Shown in pieces: positions 10,485 to 22,865 of a stretch of DNA of 64,000 nucleotides; the stretch's first letter is position 1; the number at the start of each line of letters is the position of its first letter. The stretch covers positions 57,414,001 through 57,478,000 of the forward strand of contig OZ076409.1 in assembly GCA_964187785.1 (NCBI GenBank), in the 5' to 3' direction. The stretch comes from Amphiscolops sp. MND2022 (lineage: Eukaryota). The notes under the pieces were generated by a model. That model was given only the letters and a program-made list of their open reading frames with translations. It had not been told where the DNA came from and ran no database searches. Both the position numbers and the translations under genes were made by a program.

Positions 10485-13400
10485 TGTAATATCTGTATGA
10501 GTCTGAAATGTTAGGGTTTGGGTAGGGTCGTAAATTGTATTTTTCACCACGTGTATTGTTAGGGTTTTTTTCTTTTTGAACCTCATCATTTTCTTGATTT
10601 TCATCTGTATTTCCTGAGGATTTTTCTGCATCAATAGTAGGGTTAGGTTGTAAGTCTTGTTGATTATCAATTGCATCAATTTCATTTTCTGCATTTTCGG
10701 TTGGGGTTTCTTCATTAGGAACTGCAGTTTGTTCTACCGGGGCTCCCCTACTGTTTTTTGAAATTTCGAGGGAATGTGGGCGGTTTATCGGTACATATTC
10801 TTGTATCTCATCTTGTTCGTTATCTGGGAGTTCTGTGTCAAATGGATCTGTACCAAAGTTTGTATCCCATGTGTGGGCATACAGATCATCGTGTGTTACT
10901 ATTATGTTGTCATCTTTTTGCCAATCTGTTTCTCCGATAAAATTATCTGCTAGTGGTGCACTAGGTGTAAATTTTCTCAAACGTATTCAGTGTAACAGTT
11001 GTGATTTGTTTGTCCCTATTCTTCGTACAATGTAGTTATTGTTAGGTAGGACATTTTTGACCCTGTAGGGATCTATCCAACGGAATTCTCGGAACGGAAT
11101 TTTCGTTGCTTGTGTATCTGCTTTTGGGTTCAGTTTGTAGCAATAGTCTGTTGTAGTAAGTGGTGCTTTTGCAAGTAGTGGTGTTGATTGTCGTGTTGGA
11201 AGATTGTGTTCTGGTTTCAGTTGCATTGATAAATGCGGAAAAGTTAATACTCCTTGTCGAATGTCGAAAATGGCATTGTTCCTTTTTAGGAAGCAAAGTC
11301 CAATTAGAGGATTGGGTAAGACTTTCATAACGATGAAATTTTCTTTGAACTTAACATCTGCCACTTCAAATGTTAGGCAGACTGTTCCGATTGGTGTTTC
11401 CAATTGTCCGTTTGCTACCATTATTTGAAAATTGGGTGCGGGACCTGTGTCTGTTATTGCTTCCGGTGCAAGGAGTTTGATTTTATTTAAATCTTGTTCC
11501 GATATTGCGCTCGTGAGAGCTCCAGTATCGACTAGACCGTCAAGTGTAAGCTTTTCAAAATCCATTGGAAAATAATACATATGGCGTTTGCTTTTTAGTG
11601 TCAGGTTGGTTGATAGAAGAAGCATTGGTATATCTATTTCTTTTATTAATTATAACATGATTTTGAATTTCATCATCTATGAGGGGTAGGTTTTGTGTTG
11701 ATGCAGGTTCGATTGGTACTTCAGATGGGTCTTGTGTTTGGAGAGGTTCGGGTAAATTTTGTGGTGAGGTTTCGTGTTCGAATTCATACTAATTGTTAGA
11801 GATTTTTTCGTTATTTTTGTTATTTTTGTCAAAAGTTGTGGTTGTATATCTATCAGGGGCGTCTCTGTATATTTCATACGAATCGTCTTCTGATTCATTT
11901 TGTTGATTTTCTTGAGTCTGAGATTCAGTGTTATGTGTGAAAGTGTTTGTTTTTATTGGGTGAGGAGTTGGATGCTGCCAGTCATCTTTCTCCTCTGGTT
12001 TTGTGGCGCGTGGCCTTATTAGTTTAAATCCTTCGATGATGAAGGTTGTTGACGGGGTGCTTTCGGGTTAATATGTTTGTTGGAGTTTTTGTAATTTTCA
12101 CTGAGTTTTTTCTGTGCTTCAGTTAGTGTCCACTTTGGGGGGTGGTTTTCCATATTTGCTCCGAAGTAGCATTGTGGTTCCTCATGTCCTGGTGCGTTAC
12201 AATGCGTACAACGCATGGCCTCAGTGTCTTCTTCCAGTTTACGACGTTTTGCTAGTTTAGCGCTGTCTGCTGCCTTGTGCCCCGTGTTTTTACAAAAACG
12301 ACAATGGTCATCTTGCAATGTTTTGTTGGGCACTATTTTTGGTGTTTGTTGCTTCTTTGTTGTTGCAGTTTTCTGCTGCGTTGGTTTGTCTTCTGCTTGT
12401 TTGTTTATTACCGCCATTTGCGTTTTAACGCCAGCGTCTTCTGATTCAAGTCCGTTTAATTCCATCTCACGTTCGAGATGTCGGATTATTTGCTCGTATG
12501 TTCCATTCTCAAGATAGGCTTGATTAATAGAACGTTTCAAATGTGGTGGCATTTTTGCATATAATAGACTTTTTATCATTTGTGATGCAATGTCACGGAA
12601 AGCTTTTTCGGCGCTTTTTTGTAATTCTTCTAGGAAGTCTGGTAGTTTCTGGCGTTCCGGGTCAAAAACCAAGCGACATATTTTCTCCTGAACACTACCA
12701 GTATATCTTCAAGTGTGGTTGTTGGTGTTCGTTGAATATTTTTGAATGTTTTCAATGCTAGTCCACGCAAATGTGCGTGAAAATGATTTATTTTCATTTC
12801 CTCAGTTAATGCGGGTTGCATTCTGAGTGTTGTGTGGAAAAGATCTTCGAAATATTCGAATTTCTCGTTCTTTTCCAATTTCCCATTGAAAGTGAGTGTA
12901 TTTTTTGGATGAAAGAGTGATGGTTGTGTGTTGCGGCTTGCTAGTTTCTCAATAGCCATTGCTATTTGATTAACGGGGTCTTGCTGAATATTGAGTGGTT
13001 AAGCAATGAGATGTTCATTGTGTGTTGTTGTTGTATTGTTTGAGCTTTGACGATGAAGAGGTTTGGTAGCTCCTGTCACCATGTGATAATCCTCTTCTGT
13101 GCGGTCCTCATTTATGACCACAGAGTCATTTAAATCAATGTTTTGTATGCTCAAAGGTTGCATTGGCGTTCTAAGTTCGTTTAAATTAGATGGCCTGAAA
13201 GGATTATCCTGTATCTCACATTCTTGATTTTCTGGTTCAGATGCGTTTTCTTCACCGTCTTCATTACTGGTGTATTTCGAGGTTCCTGCTTTGGGAGTGT
13301 TTTGTTCTCGATATCTTCTGTTTGGTACGGACTGTGTCCTTCTGTTATTTTTCATCTCTTTCAGTTTTTTCTCTAATTTTTCATCAATTGTTTTTCTTAA

Positions 13401-13650
13401 GTTTGTTACTTCTTTATTCGTTTTATCTGTTATTCTTTGGGTCCAAATTTGCATTTCGTTTTCATTTTGTGTTCCGCTATCTAGAGCTATTTCTTCGTCC
13501 CTAACTGAACTAACATTTTCAAAGTTACTTAAAGTTTCAAAAACAGTTTCATTACCTTGTGATCTCTCTATTTCTGATGCGCTCAACTCTCTCTCAAGTG
13601 AGGGTGATTGTCCTCGTCTAGATCTCCTATTTCTCTTGTTTCCCATTTTG
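10485..13650 (-). pseudogene. gag-protease-integrase C-terminus remnant of element B
   Basis: ORFs 12999-13667, 12630-12959, 12019-12672 (CRFCKNTGH, CTHCNAPGHEEPQC), 10987-11625 (GLVDTGA ... FREFRWIDPYRV) and 10309-10980, broken by stops and frameshifts. Confidence 0.9.
13065..13081 (-). promoter_or_regulatory. Primer binding site of element B
   Basis: TGGTGACAGGAGCTACC directly follows the LTR-terminal CA. The equivalent in C is at 32963-32979. It resembles tRNA-Leu-type PBS, but the tRNA is not established. Confidence 0.75.
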
Positions 13651-14577
13651 GCCAGATTAAAATGCAATGTTGGAGAGAAGAATTTTAATTAAGTTTGAGA
13701 AGCAAAGTGAAATCGGGTTGAAATGAGATTGAAGAAAATGTGCATAACGTTGAATTATCGAAGTTGAAACAAAGGTTGTGAAGATGAAAAGAGAGGTCTG
13801 ATCAGTCTGGAAGTTTTCTGTTGAATGAATATTATTGAGTTTCTTACTCTCCTTTTTGATTTGGGCTAAATTTAGCAGCATGACAACCAATTTTTGGAAT
13901 GTCACGGTAAATCACGATTATGTAATTACTAAAAATAGTACCCAATCTGATATAAAAATAGGTATGTAAGTTACATCACTTCTATAAATAGATTCCTGCA
14001 TGACAAATATTTTCCTGCGTTTTGATTGGTCATCACACTAACTGTACCAATCCGTTCATCGTTAATGGGAAAATGTGGCAACACGTAGTATGACTCATAT
14101 GTAGTGCAAGTATTAATTCCAACATATTACTGCATGCGTGATCAGATTGTTAAGATGAATCATACTCTCAAATGTCATGATTAAAAATATTAAAAATGTG
14201 AAATTATACTGCAATATGCTGCAAACTTAGTAAAGCAATTCAATTCAAATACTTAAGTCAGTATGCGTTAGTGTTACATAGAAGCCACGTATAATTTATT
14301 CTTTTCACAAGAATTCGCTATAAACAGCATTATGCGTCAAATAAGTTATCACCATGTAACATCTGGTAAATCATTTATGAATGAGTGTTGTTTTACCAAT
14401 CTGGCTAGCAACAATAGCAAACAAATTCAGACATAGCTGATAATCAAAAGTTATGTATAAATCCATACAATATAAGTTTCAAGAAGTGATGAGTTGTCTC
14501 TGAATTCACCGCAGATGGGTGAGTCATTTGCCTTCAATGCTGCACCGCGGATCCAACGCAAGCTCTAGGCTGCGACA
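13082..14577 (-). repeat. 5' LTR of element B
   Basis: Direct repeat of 7132-8621, flanked by the TSD on the outside and the PBS on the inside. Confidence 0.95.
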
Positions 14578-14934
14578 ATAGATGAATGATGATAGCAACT
14601 TTACCTTAGCATACTTGAAGATCAACAATCATTAGGTCAACATGAAACAGTTTTACCAAAACATAGGTTTCAATCAACATGTTTATGATACGTTTACAGG
14701 GATGGGACTGAGTAGTTAGGTATGTTTCGTCGGAATATTAAAAGAGTAATATGATGTGACTTATCCTCTAAAAAATTCCTGAAAATTACGGTATAAGGTG
14801 TTGACGTATCCCTGACGCAAATCAATCTTTCATTTATTGGTAGCAGTAGCGACGTAGATGAGACGTAACTAATTCTTTCGTTCGTAGAATTTTAGTGGCG
14901 TACGCGCCACGTAGTTTAGTCCATCACTCGTAGC

Positions 14935-15885
14935 CTTGGCTGTCGGAAATATGCGGGTTTTTTCTACAAAATATGCAACTTTATGTTATTGAATGTCGTG
15001 AAAAATATGCAAATTCGTGTTTTCGAAAATGACTAACATCATAACATTTCTTGTTGGAAATAAAGTTGGTATGGATTCAAAATGTGTCCTTTCAATTAGT
15101 TGAGCTCACAAACAACTGAAAAAAGTGCTTTTGTTGGCTAGCTTGCATTAGTTAGGTGATAAAGTGAGGGGTAAAAAATCAGCTGTAGCGATGACAAAAA
15201 GTTTATCAAACATGAAATTTTCAACCGCAGTTTTTTTTCGAAAATTAGAGTCAACTCTTGAGAAAAACGCAGTTGAATCTTAAATTTTAGGAATCAACAT
15301 TTAGATTTCTGGGGAATATGCAGTTGCATATGCGGAACATGGTGCCGTTGTAAGTTCGCCATATTTAAGTTCGCCACGTATAAGTTAGCCCGTAAAACTT
15401 AGCCACGTTTAAGTTAGCCACCATATAAAATCGCCACGTTTATTTTCGCCACATTTCAGCTAATGAAAGAATTCCATATCAGCGATTATTTTCATTTGGT
15501 TATTTTTAGTGGCGATTAGCATACTTGTTATATGGCTCGGTCCCTTCGCTCCCTTCGCCAAGTAGCAACATTGAGGCATGGCCATATGGCACGTCGCTCC
15601 GCTTCGCTTCGCTTCGCTCCTGCATTGAGGGCACTAGGGGTATGTGAACATATCTGACTACGTTATCGTAATTTTGAATGCTCGAATTTGATTGGCCGAA
15701 AATGTGGCGAACTTGTATGTGGCGAACATATATGGGGGCTAAATTAAATATGGCTAAGATTTAGGGGCTAACTTATATGTGACGAACTTAAAAGTGGCGA
15801 ACTTAAACGGACACGGCGGAACATCAAAAGCTAAAAATATGCGGGAATATGCAAAAATACGTCCCGCATATTTCTGCCAGCCATG
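14935..15885. mobile_element. hAT-like non-autonomous element (MITE)
   Basis: TIRs CTTGGCTGTCGGAAATATGCGGG / CCCGCATATTTCTGCCAGCCATG; degenerate 8-bp TSD CTCGTAGC / CACGTAGT. Confidence 0.7.
15341..15815. mobile_element. Mutator/foldback-like MITE nested in the hAT-like MITE
   Basis: Perfect 9-bp TSD GCGGAACAT (15332-15340 and 15816-15824); inverted arrays of subterminal AAGTTCGCCAC / GTGGCGAACTT units. Confidence 0.8.
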
Positions 15886-17158
15886 CACGTAGTTCATTAG
15901 TGACGCGAAGGAGACGTATAATTGATGAAGAAACTTTGCATTGATTTGTAGGTTTGTTGATAATTCAACTTTATTTTAATTCATAAATACCCAATATTTA
16001 CGTCACTCATGTATAGGCTTAGGTTGCCACTTTCGAAGTTTATTTGATCAATGTACTTATAATCGTCATTAAGACACTGATTGGTACTTAACATTTTTTA
16101 TCATCTCTTCAATTGTCTTGCTAATTGTCTTTTGATGTTCATTGTGTTTTGCATTTGCGGTATGATTACGTCATTACTTAGGACGAAGAATATAGATCTA
16201 TATGAAGAGCATTCCAATGCTTACATTAGTTTAAATTTCTTTCCTCAGGGATATTTGCTCACAGGGATATTTGAGTTTTGATTTAGTTTGAGTTTTCATT
16301 TCTAAGAGTACTTAGCTTTCAATAGACAACCATGTCCTCTTTCGAATTGTTTTCGTCGGCACAAACAAGCCAGTCCTGGAGCAGACAGTGGCAGTCGGAC
16401 TATCTTTTCTGATACGAGTTGCCACTGAAAGTGTGAACGTTTTGAAATGAACTGTCCTGGTTTCAAACAATAGCCCTCCTTATTAATTTCTGTCTTTTTT
16501 TCTGTTGTTTCTTCATTTTGTTGTTTCTTAGTTTCCTGAAACTGCTGAATATTATACGGGGAATTTTGTTTTAAGCCATATAAGAAGTGTCGGTTAAAAA
16601 TCCTGAAAAACTCTAAAGCAACAAGTAAATCCATTTAGAAGCACTCTATGTCATTTTCATTGACCGCGGTAGCTGAGAGTAGGGCAACCGAAACGGATGG
16701 AAATCATGTCATGGTTCATTGACTGGTAGGGTGAAAAAAGTGGTGAAATAGGTAGACTTTATGCAAACGTCTAACTCTTCTATGCACATTTTCTTAAGCA
16801 GCAGTAAAACACAGTGAAAATCATTTAACCTCGAACTTGAAAGTTTCCAAACTTTTTGACAACTTATTTGAATTTGCTATTGCGGAGCATTCTGGTCTCA
16901 AGGGCTAAATTTATTGACAGTTTTCTGCTGTTCCGCTATTCTGAAATTTGGCAAAAATATATATGATTTTCAAATTTGTAATATAAACATCGAATACAAT
17001 ACATGTAAACAACCATACAGTAAATGTACTCGAATACACATAGCGTTATGATATAAGAAAATGAAAAGGGTAAAAAAATCAGGGTTGAATGATTCCAAAA
17101 CTTCTTGCAAATTTTGATGAAGGAACAACAATCAGTTTATTGTATGATAATTTCTACT

Positions 17159-19015
17159 TCAATTTCTGAGCCATGCAAAGTACCTTATTTTGAATGTGTT
17201 TCTGAAAAGGTTGCCCCTGAGGTGAAAGAAGAAGTTGAATGCGTGGTTTGCGAGAACGAATATTCTTCCTACTAAAGCAATGCATTGCAACCCTTCGTCT
17301 CCCAAAACATCTTTGTCCGAATGGTTGGCCAGAAACGTCATTGGCACTCCGATGATCATGCACAGCAGGAACCACGCACATATGAGTTGACAGCTTGCAA
17401 TAGCCTTGCGGTCTTCCAAGGACAAATTTGGCTGGGCTTTTGTTTTCTTCCCTTCATTTTGCGACTTTTCATGAGCTTCAACGCCCTTCACTGCTCCGCT
17501 ATCCAATGTTATCCGCACTTTATCCACTTTCATTTTGCTTTGGGCTTCTGAAGAATTAGATCCCCCAGAGCTGGTTGATAACTGAGATGTACATGGATTC
17601 TCACTTGATCTTTGGTTTCCTTCGCTTTGGCTTGAAATGTTGCAGTGCCACTGTGGCCGCTTCTGCGTCCCGACAAAGCTCACTTTTGTTTCTTCCTTGA
17701 TTTTTTGCGTTTGCTCATCTTCCTTTTCTTCTTCTTTTTCTTCCTTTTTAGATGCCTTAGTTTCCTTTGGCAAAACGAGTTCCTGCTTGACTTTGTCCCC
17801 AATCGTTCTCCCAATGACAGTTTGCTGGCTTCCCTTCTCGTCTGAATCTGGCACAGTGACAGAATCACATTTGGAATCCTCGACTTGATTTTGTAGAGGA
17901 TATGTTGCGTTATTTTCTGCTGCTGCTGCTGCAATAGAAGCATCGCCAGGCATGTCATGATCGTGCTGCTCGATATCGACTGTAACCTGAACAACCTGAG
18001 ACCCACGTTCGATTTGATTCGATGTCGAAACAGCAGTGAAATGATCGTCAGGAACACCAACTGCTGTTCCACCCGCAATGTTATCATGTTTTGGTGTCTG
18101 GGAATTCTCAGCGATGGGGTTATCGTTTTCCACGAGGACACCGACTTCTCCGTTCGTTGCTTCTGGAGCAGAACCCCGCGGAAGCTTGGGCTGTCTGGGG
18201 TGGTTCAGAGCCGACACGGGTAGCTTCGGTTTTGGGGTTCGTCTTTCACGCATTTGATGGATAAATATGGCTGTAGTGACGGAAATGATAGCAAAGTGTG
18301 TGAAAAAGGAACAAACGGTTGTTAAAAATCCATGATATAGTGTAGCCAGTGTATTTTTGTCTGGAAATTCTTTACAAATATTTTCATCCAGTTGGGAGAT
18401 GAAGAAAACCGGGACAAAAAGTATCAAGTACAGTAAGGAAATGGCCAATGAAATCTTTCTGTTTATCTTGTTCCAAGAGAGAGTGTAGTGCAACGTCGGA
18501 TATGCCATGTTGAAAGCCCGGTCGACTGACATAGCGACAAGGTGAGCGTTGGCGATGGTAATAGTTCCAGACCCAGTGCAAGAGAGAACTTTGCAGACAA
18601 TTTCATTCGAACTGGCCAAATCTATTCCAAACAGACGAAATACCCCTCTCACAAGTCCCTGTACAAGTGCCAAATTGTCCCAGATTGCAATGTACTTCAT
18701 CCAAATTGTGCCAGATGTTGGACGGCGAAACTGTCTGGCAGTGTCAAAAACTATCCAGTTGAAAAGAAGGCCAACAACGCAAATTCCTACCTGTATTGCA
18801 AACATGATATGACGGAAAGGTTTTATCTGGATGATAATCCAGTAAAACCAGTTCAATTTGCCTGAGTCCAGAAGCTCATGAGTGGTTTCATTAATCAAAG
18901 ACAAATTCAGCGAACTTTTACTCATCCTCTTCAAAAACTTTTGATGTCCAAAAATTTGAACCATATTTTTAACAAACCCCCTTCCCCAAGCGGCTGCTTT
19001 CATTATAAGGAACAA
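17159..19015 (-). CDS. Rhodopsin-like (class A) GPCR, single exon, long third intracellular loop
   Basis: 618-aa ORF with seven hydrophobic segments; TM1 GLLFN; TM2 IAIWD; Cys before TM3; TM3 end AMSVDRA (DRY-like); TM7 ANHAFNFFFH. The true start may be a downstream Met. Confidence 0.85.
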   Translation of the reverse strand: MFLIMKAAAWGRGFVKNMVQIFGHQKFLKRMSKSSLNLSLINETTHELLDSGKLNWFYWIIIQIKPFRHIMFAIQVGICVVGLLFNWIVFDTARQFRRPTSGTIWMKYIAIWDNLALVQGLVRGVFRLFGIDLASSNEIVCKVLSCTGSGTITIANAHLVAMSVDRAFNMAYPTLHYTLSWNKINRKISLAISLLYLILFVPVFFISQLDENICKEFPDKNTLATLYHGFLTTVCSFFTHFAIISVTTAIFIHQMRERRTPKPKLPVSALNHPRQPKLPRGSAPEATNGEVGVLVENDNPIAENSQTPKHDNIAGGTAVGVPDDHFTAVSTSNQIERGSQVVQVTVDIEQHDHDMPGDASIAAAAAENNATYPLQNQVEDSKCDSVTVPDSDEKGSQQTVIGRTIGDKVKQELVLPKETKASKKEEKEEEKEDEQTQKIKEETKVSFVGTQKRPQWHCNISSQSEGNQRSSENPCTSQLSTSSGGSNSSEAQSKMKVDKVRITLDSGAVKGVEAHEKSQNEGKKTKAQPNLSLEDRKAIASCQLICAWFLLCMIIGVPMTFLANHSDKDVLGDEGLQCIALVGRIFVLANHAFNFFFHLRGNLFRNTFKIRYFAWLRN

Positions 19016-19794
19016 GGTTCAAGAACCATTGTGTCGACATGGTTTGCGGTGGACTTTCGGCACAATAAAACGCCCGCTGACCAGCAGTATGTTTTCTGTC
19101 CAAACAACTGTTAGCAACGACTGAATTTTGAGGCTCAAGAGTAGCCAATGCACTGTAAAAACGCATAGAAGTTTTGAATCTTTTGATTAAAATCCTCCCG
19201 TTTAAAAAGGAAACACTTAATTCAAGAACACAGTAAAAACCTAAGTGTTTTGTTGTCGAACTATATCTGAAAATTTTTGAAAAAACGCTCAAAAATACTT
19301 GCATAAAATTGTCACGAACGTTTCATTTTTGGTTATTCTGCGGTTATTTTCCTCAATAGAAAACTGCAAACTCTTTAAAACTAATACTGCGTCGCGAGTT
19401 ATTTCGGACGGAGCCTAATGGAACAATGCTCGGCAAAAAGGTTTAAAAAACGTTTCCGATGACAATTTTGTTCTATTTTTATTCGAAACGCTTACTGATA
19501 TCTTTATGCTGAGCCTGATGATTTTTCTATTCCAAAAGCTTTGGAAATTGTCCAAAATTAGGAGTAATTTGTTAATATTTTATAAGTTCGAATTACTTTT
19601 GACTTCTTGTTAATACGTTTGAGGAACTTCATTCAACTTTTTCTCTCGAATAGCGTTTTTGGTTGCGTTTTCTTCAACGCTTAGGTCACTGGATGGTCTA
19701 ACAAAAAGTTTGAAGTGAACAAAAATGGGACGATTTTGTCAAACAGTTAGTTTTTGCAGAGTTTTTGGTATCTTATGTGCTTTTGTGTCCTACT

Positions 19795-20692
19795 TTTGAT
19801 AATCTTCCTCTGCGCGGTTTTCATTTATGATTACAGAGTCGTTTAAATCTATGATTTGTATATTCGAAGGTTGCATTGGCGTTCTAAGTTAATTCATATT
19901 AGACGGCTTGAAAGGATTATCCTGTATTTCATTTTCCTGGTCTTCCGGCTCAGATGCGGTATCTTCATTGTCCCTGTTGTTTGGTTTTTGAGGTTCCTGC
20001 TTGAGGGTATTTTGTTCTTGATATCTTCTGCTCGGCACAGATTGTGCTCTTCTGCTATCTTTCATCTCTTTCATCTATTTCTCCAATTTTTATTCATTTC
20101 TTTCCTCAGGTCTGATAATTCTTTATTTGTCTTTTCGGTTATTCTTTGAGTCCACACTTGCATTTGAGAACCACTTACTACCGCCTATTTCTCCTTCCCA
20201 AACCGAATCAACATTTTCAAAATTACTAAGAATTTCAATAGTAGTTTCATTACATAGTGATGTTTCAACCTCAGATGCGCTCAAGTTTCTCTCAAGTGAG
20301 GGTGATTGTGCTTGTCTTGGTCTTCTATTTCTTCTATTTCCTATCTCAGCCAGATGAAAATATTGTTTGTTGGAGGGAAGAATTTTTAATAAATTGAGAG
20401 ACAAAATAGGATAAAGTCAAACGAGCCGAGAACGTCCAAAGTCGGCGCCATATCTAAGGCTCAAAATTGAAAAAGGGGCACTCTTCGGGCTTTGAGAAAC
20501 TCCAGCTGGTTGCAAAAAATGAAAAAAAATAGAAGGGGGACCCTTTGATGACATGAAAAACTTTCCCAAAAAAATTTTTCAATTAGATTTTTGAACGGTG
20601 TCACAGTGCCGAAAAATATAAAAGACTTTATAAAATAGACTTTTGCCATCATTGCTGCACCACGGATCCAACACAAGCTCTAGGCTGTGACA
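19795..20692 (-). repeat. 3' LTR of element C, partly deleted and interrupted by a HINE-like fragment
   Basis: Homologous to 32980-34106. About 430 bp are replaced by 20421-20635. Confidence 0.85.
20421..20635 (-). mobile_element. Truncated Helentron-associated (HINE-like) repeat
   Basis: AGTCGGCGCCATATCTAAGGCTCAAAA and AGTGCCGAAAAAT are shared with the element at 46530-46908. Confidence 0.7.
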
Positions 20693-21593
20693 GGCCAGCA
20701 TACTTGAAGCAAATGAGTGCTGCTTCGAACGCACGCGATCTAATGTTTCTGTCTCTTACTGTCTCGCCGGGATATTCAGTTGCGGTTGTATAGGCTGCCA
20801 GAGCATCTGAGCAACTTCATCGTAAGGTCTACCACACCAGTGTCAGTTCCCCTGAACGTGTGACATAACAGGAGTGTTAAGCTGTCTTCGTAAGGGGTTC
20901 TTCTGTTGCTGAGTAGAATTTTCACATCGGGCAGCACCTACATCAAACGTCTCCAGGTTGCTATGAGTGCCTTGGGTGTCCAGGTATAACTGACCAATGG
21001 CGTTACAGTAATATGCAACATTAGGAAGCTCGCTTGGTTGTAATATTCCGGCATTTATGTCATATGGGTACTGACCCATACCTTGGGTGACTAATTTTTG
21101 GTAAGTTCAATTGAACTCTCGGTACGCTGTATTGATTTATCATGGGTGTCTGCATTTTTCTCTCCCATTATACGGGTGAGCATAGTTTGGTTGAGGGATC
21201 TCATGCGGTATTACTAAGGGTGTAATAGGTATAGGCCTGATTGGTCCATTCACTTGGTCGTTACTGGGGGATTAATAACATTAACGTCAGATCGAGTGGG
21301 TATATGCCTTGTCGGTCTTTCAGCTTGCATGGGCGGAACTCTCAGCACAGGTCCACCGTAGTTGTTCCTCGGGACATTAGCAAATTTGGCATTTGTTAGT
21401 AAGTCTCCACTGTCACTCTTGATTCAAAGAACGAAAAAGGTGAGATTTTAGGTAATTTGGTATGTTCCGAGATCATACTCAGCATTTCCCTTTCAATATC
21501 AGTGACGGTGATATCTATTACAGAGTCTTCTCCTTTTTCAGATTCACTTACAGCGATCAATCTGACAGCGTCTTCGTTAACAAAGGCTGTCAT
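20649..21593 (-). pseudogene. Small cargo ORF of element C (homolog of 3698-4519), decayed
   Basis: N-terminal SESEKGEDSVIDIT resembles SSEEEEDMEVDIL. C-terminal GN*HWCGRPYDEV...YPGETVRDRNI...GLSQPRACVG; the duplicate near 34250 keeps CHWC. Confidence 0.65.
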
Positions 21594-22865
21594 GGGGTCA
21601 TTAGGTGGTCCCCAAATTCTAAATCTCTGGTCTATAGGTTCTGAGTTAGATTGTTCAGTCACAAACTCTCCCCAGAGTCGCTAGAAATGTTCAATAATCC
21701 GGGGGAGTTTGTAGAGACGGATCGCATGTCTTCGTCGATTGTGAAGAGATGAGAATTTTTTGGAGGTCTATGGTCCATCCGAATTTGAAATTATCAACTG
21801 ATTCGTTTCGTGAATATTCGCAGAACAAACACTTTTCGCTTCTTTTCGGTTGGTGTGTATTTTCCCGGGGCTTAGGGGTGTCGTAAACAATTCTCGATGT
21901 CATCTTCCTTCTAGTTTACGGTTTTTCCGGCAATTCCAAAGCAGACGCAGGGTTATGTTCCTAATTCTTCATTTGAATAGCTCCATAACAAAATATAATT
22001 CACCTTGTGAATTTCATTTATGTACTGATCGCTTCACAACAAAATGATATTTTTCTTCGTAGTTTCCGTTTATGGCGGATAAAAGCGTTAAATTTTCTGT
22101 TCAAAGTGACAAAGGCATAATAATTGACTGTAAACAAATATGAATGAAAATTTGCATGACGGAGTTTAACAACTCATTTTTTATTTTTGAATTTTACAAT
22201 TTTTTTTTGAAATTTTCATGTAAATTTAGTTGGGATGAATAACATCATCAGAACTAATGCACTAATACAAATACATCTCGAGTTATTTATAGGCATAAAG
22301 TTACAAGGGTAAAACATGACTATCTCAAATTTTCTTGTTTCATGTTGTTTATTTCAGCAACAGAATGCCATTTTCTGGGTACGGAGTTATTCCATGGTGT
22401 CAAAACGATGCAGGAGGTTATGTGATGTTTTTCATTTTAGGTCAAATACCATCTCACGTTGTACTGCAAGATGCATGCAATTTGCTCATTTCTTCATACA
22501 GTCACTAGGGGGCGGCACATCATGCGTATGTAAATGTTCTAAGCCGCACTGTTCTAAATACCAATCTCGCTGGCAGGCAAGCTTGGTTTCAAAGTATTTC
22601 AGCCAATCAGCAATGAGCATTTGCGCAAATATGCTAATTGCGTTTCATCCAGCCAGAAGCCACGCCATATATAATTTTGTTTGTTTGTAAAGTTTGGTAA
22701 TCCAAAGTCAATTTTCACAGTTTCACAGTAATTTCCACCAACATCTCCTTGCTACCTGATTTCGTATTTCTGTCTGTAACGCACAATCCTTTATTTTTCA
22801 TTCTCTTCATTGTTAATTTCAATTGTTAAATAGTTGCGCCTTTCCATTTCCAATTCTCCTCCACT

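Larger units (their letters stand above)
7132..14577 (-). mobile_element. Non-autonomous Ty3/gypsy LTR retrotransposon B (internal deletion derivative)
   Basis: Two 1.49-kb LTRs with TG...CA ends; 5-bp TSD ATAGA (7127-7131 and 14578-14582); PBS TGGTGACAGGAGC; gag with CCHC knuckles; protease LVDTGA; no RT or RNase H. Confidence 0.95.

Noticed and set aside
17285..18865. ORFs overlapping the GPCR
   Set aside because: Alternative-frame or antisense shadows of the GPCR coding sequence.
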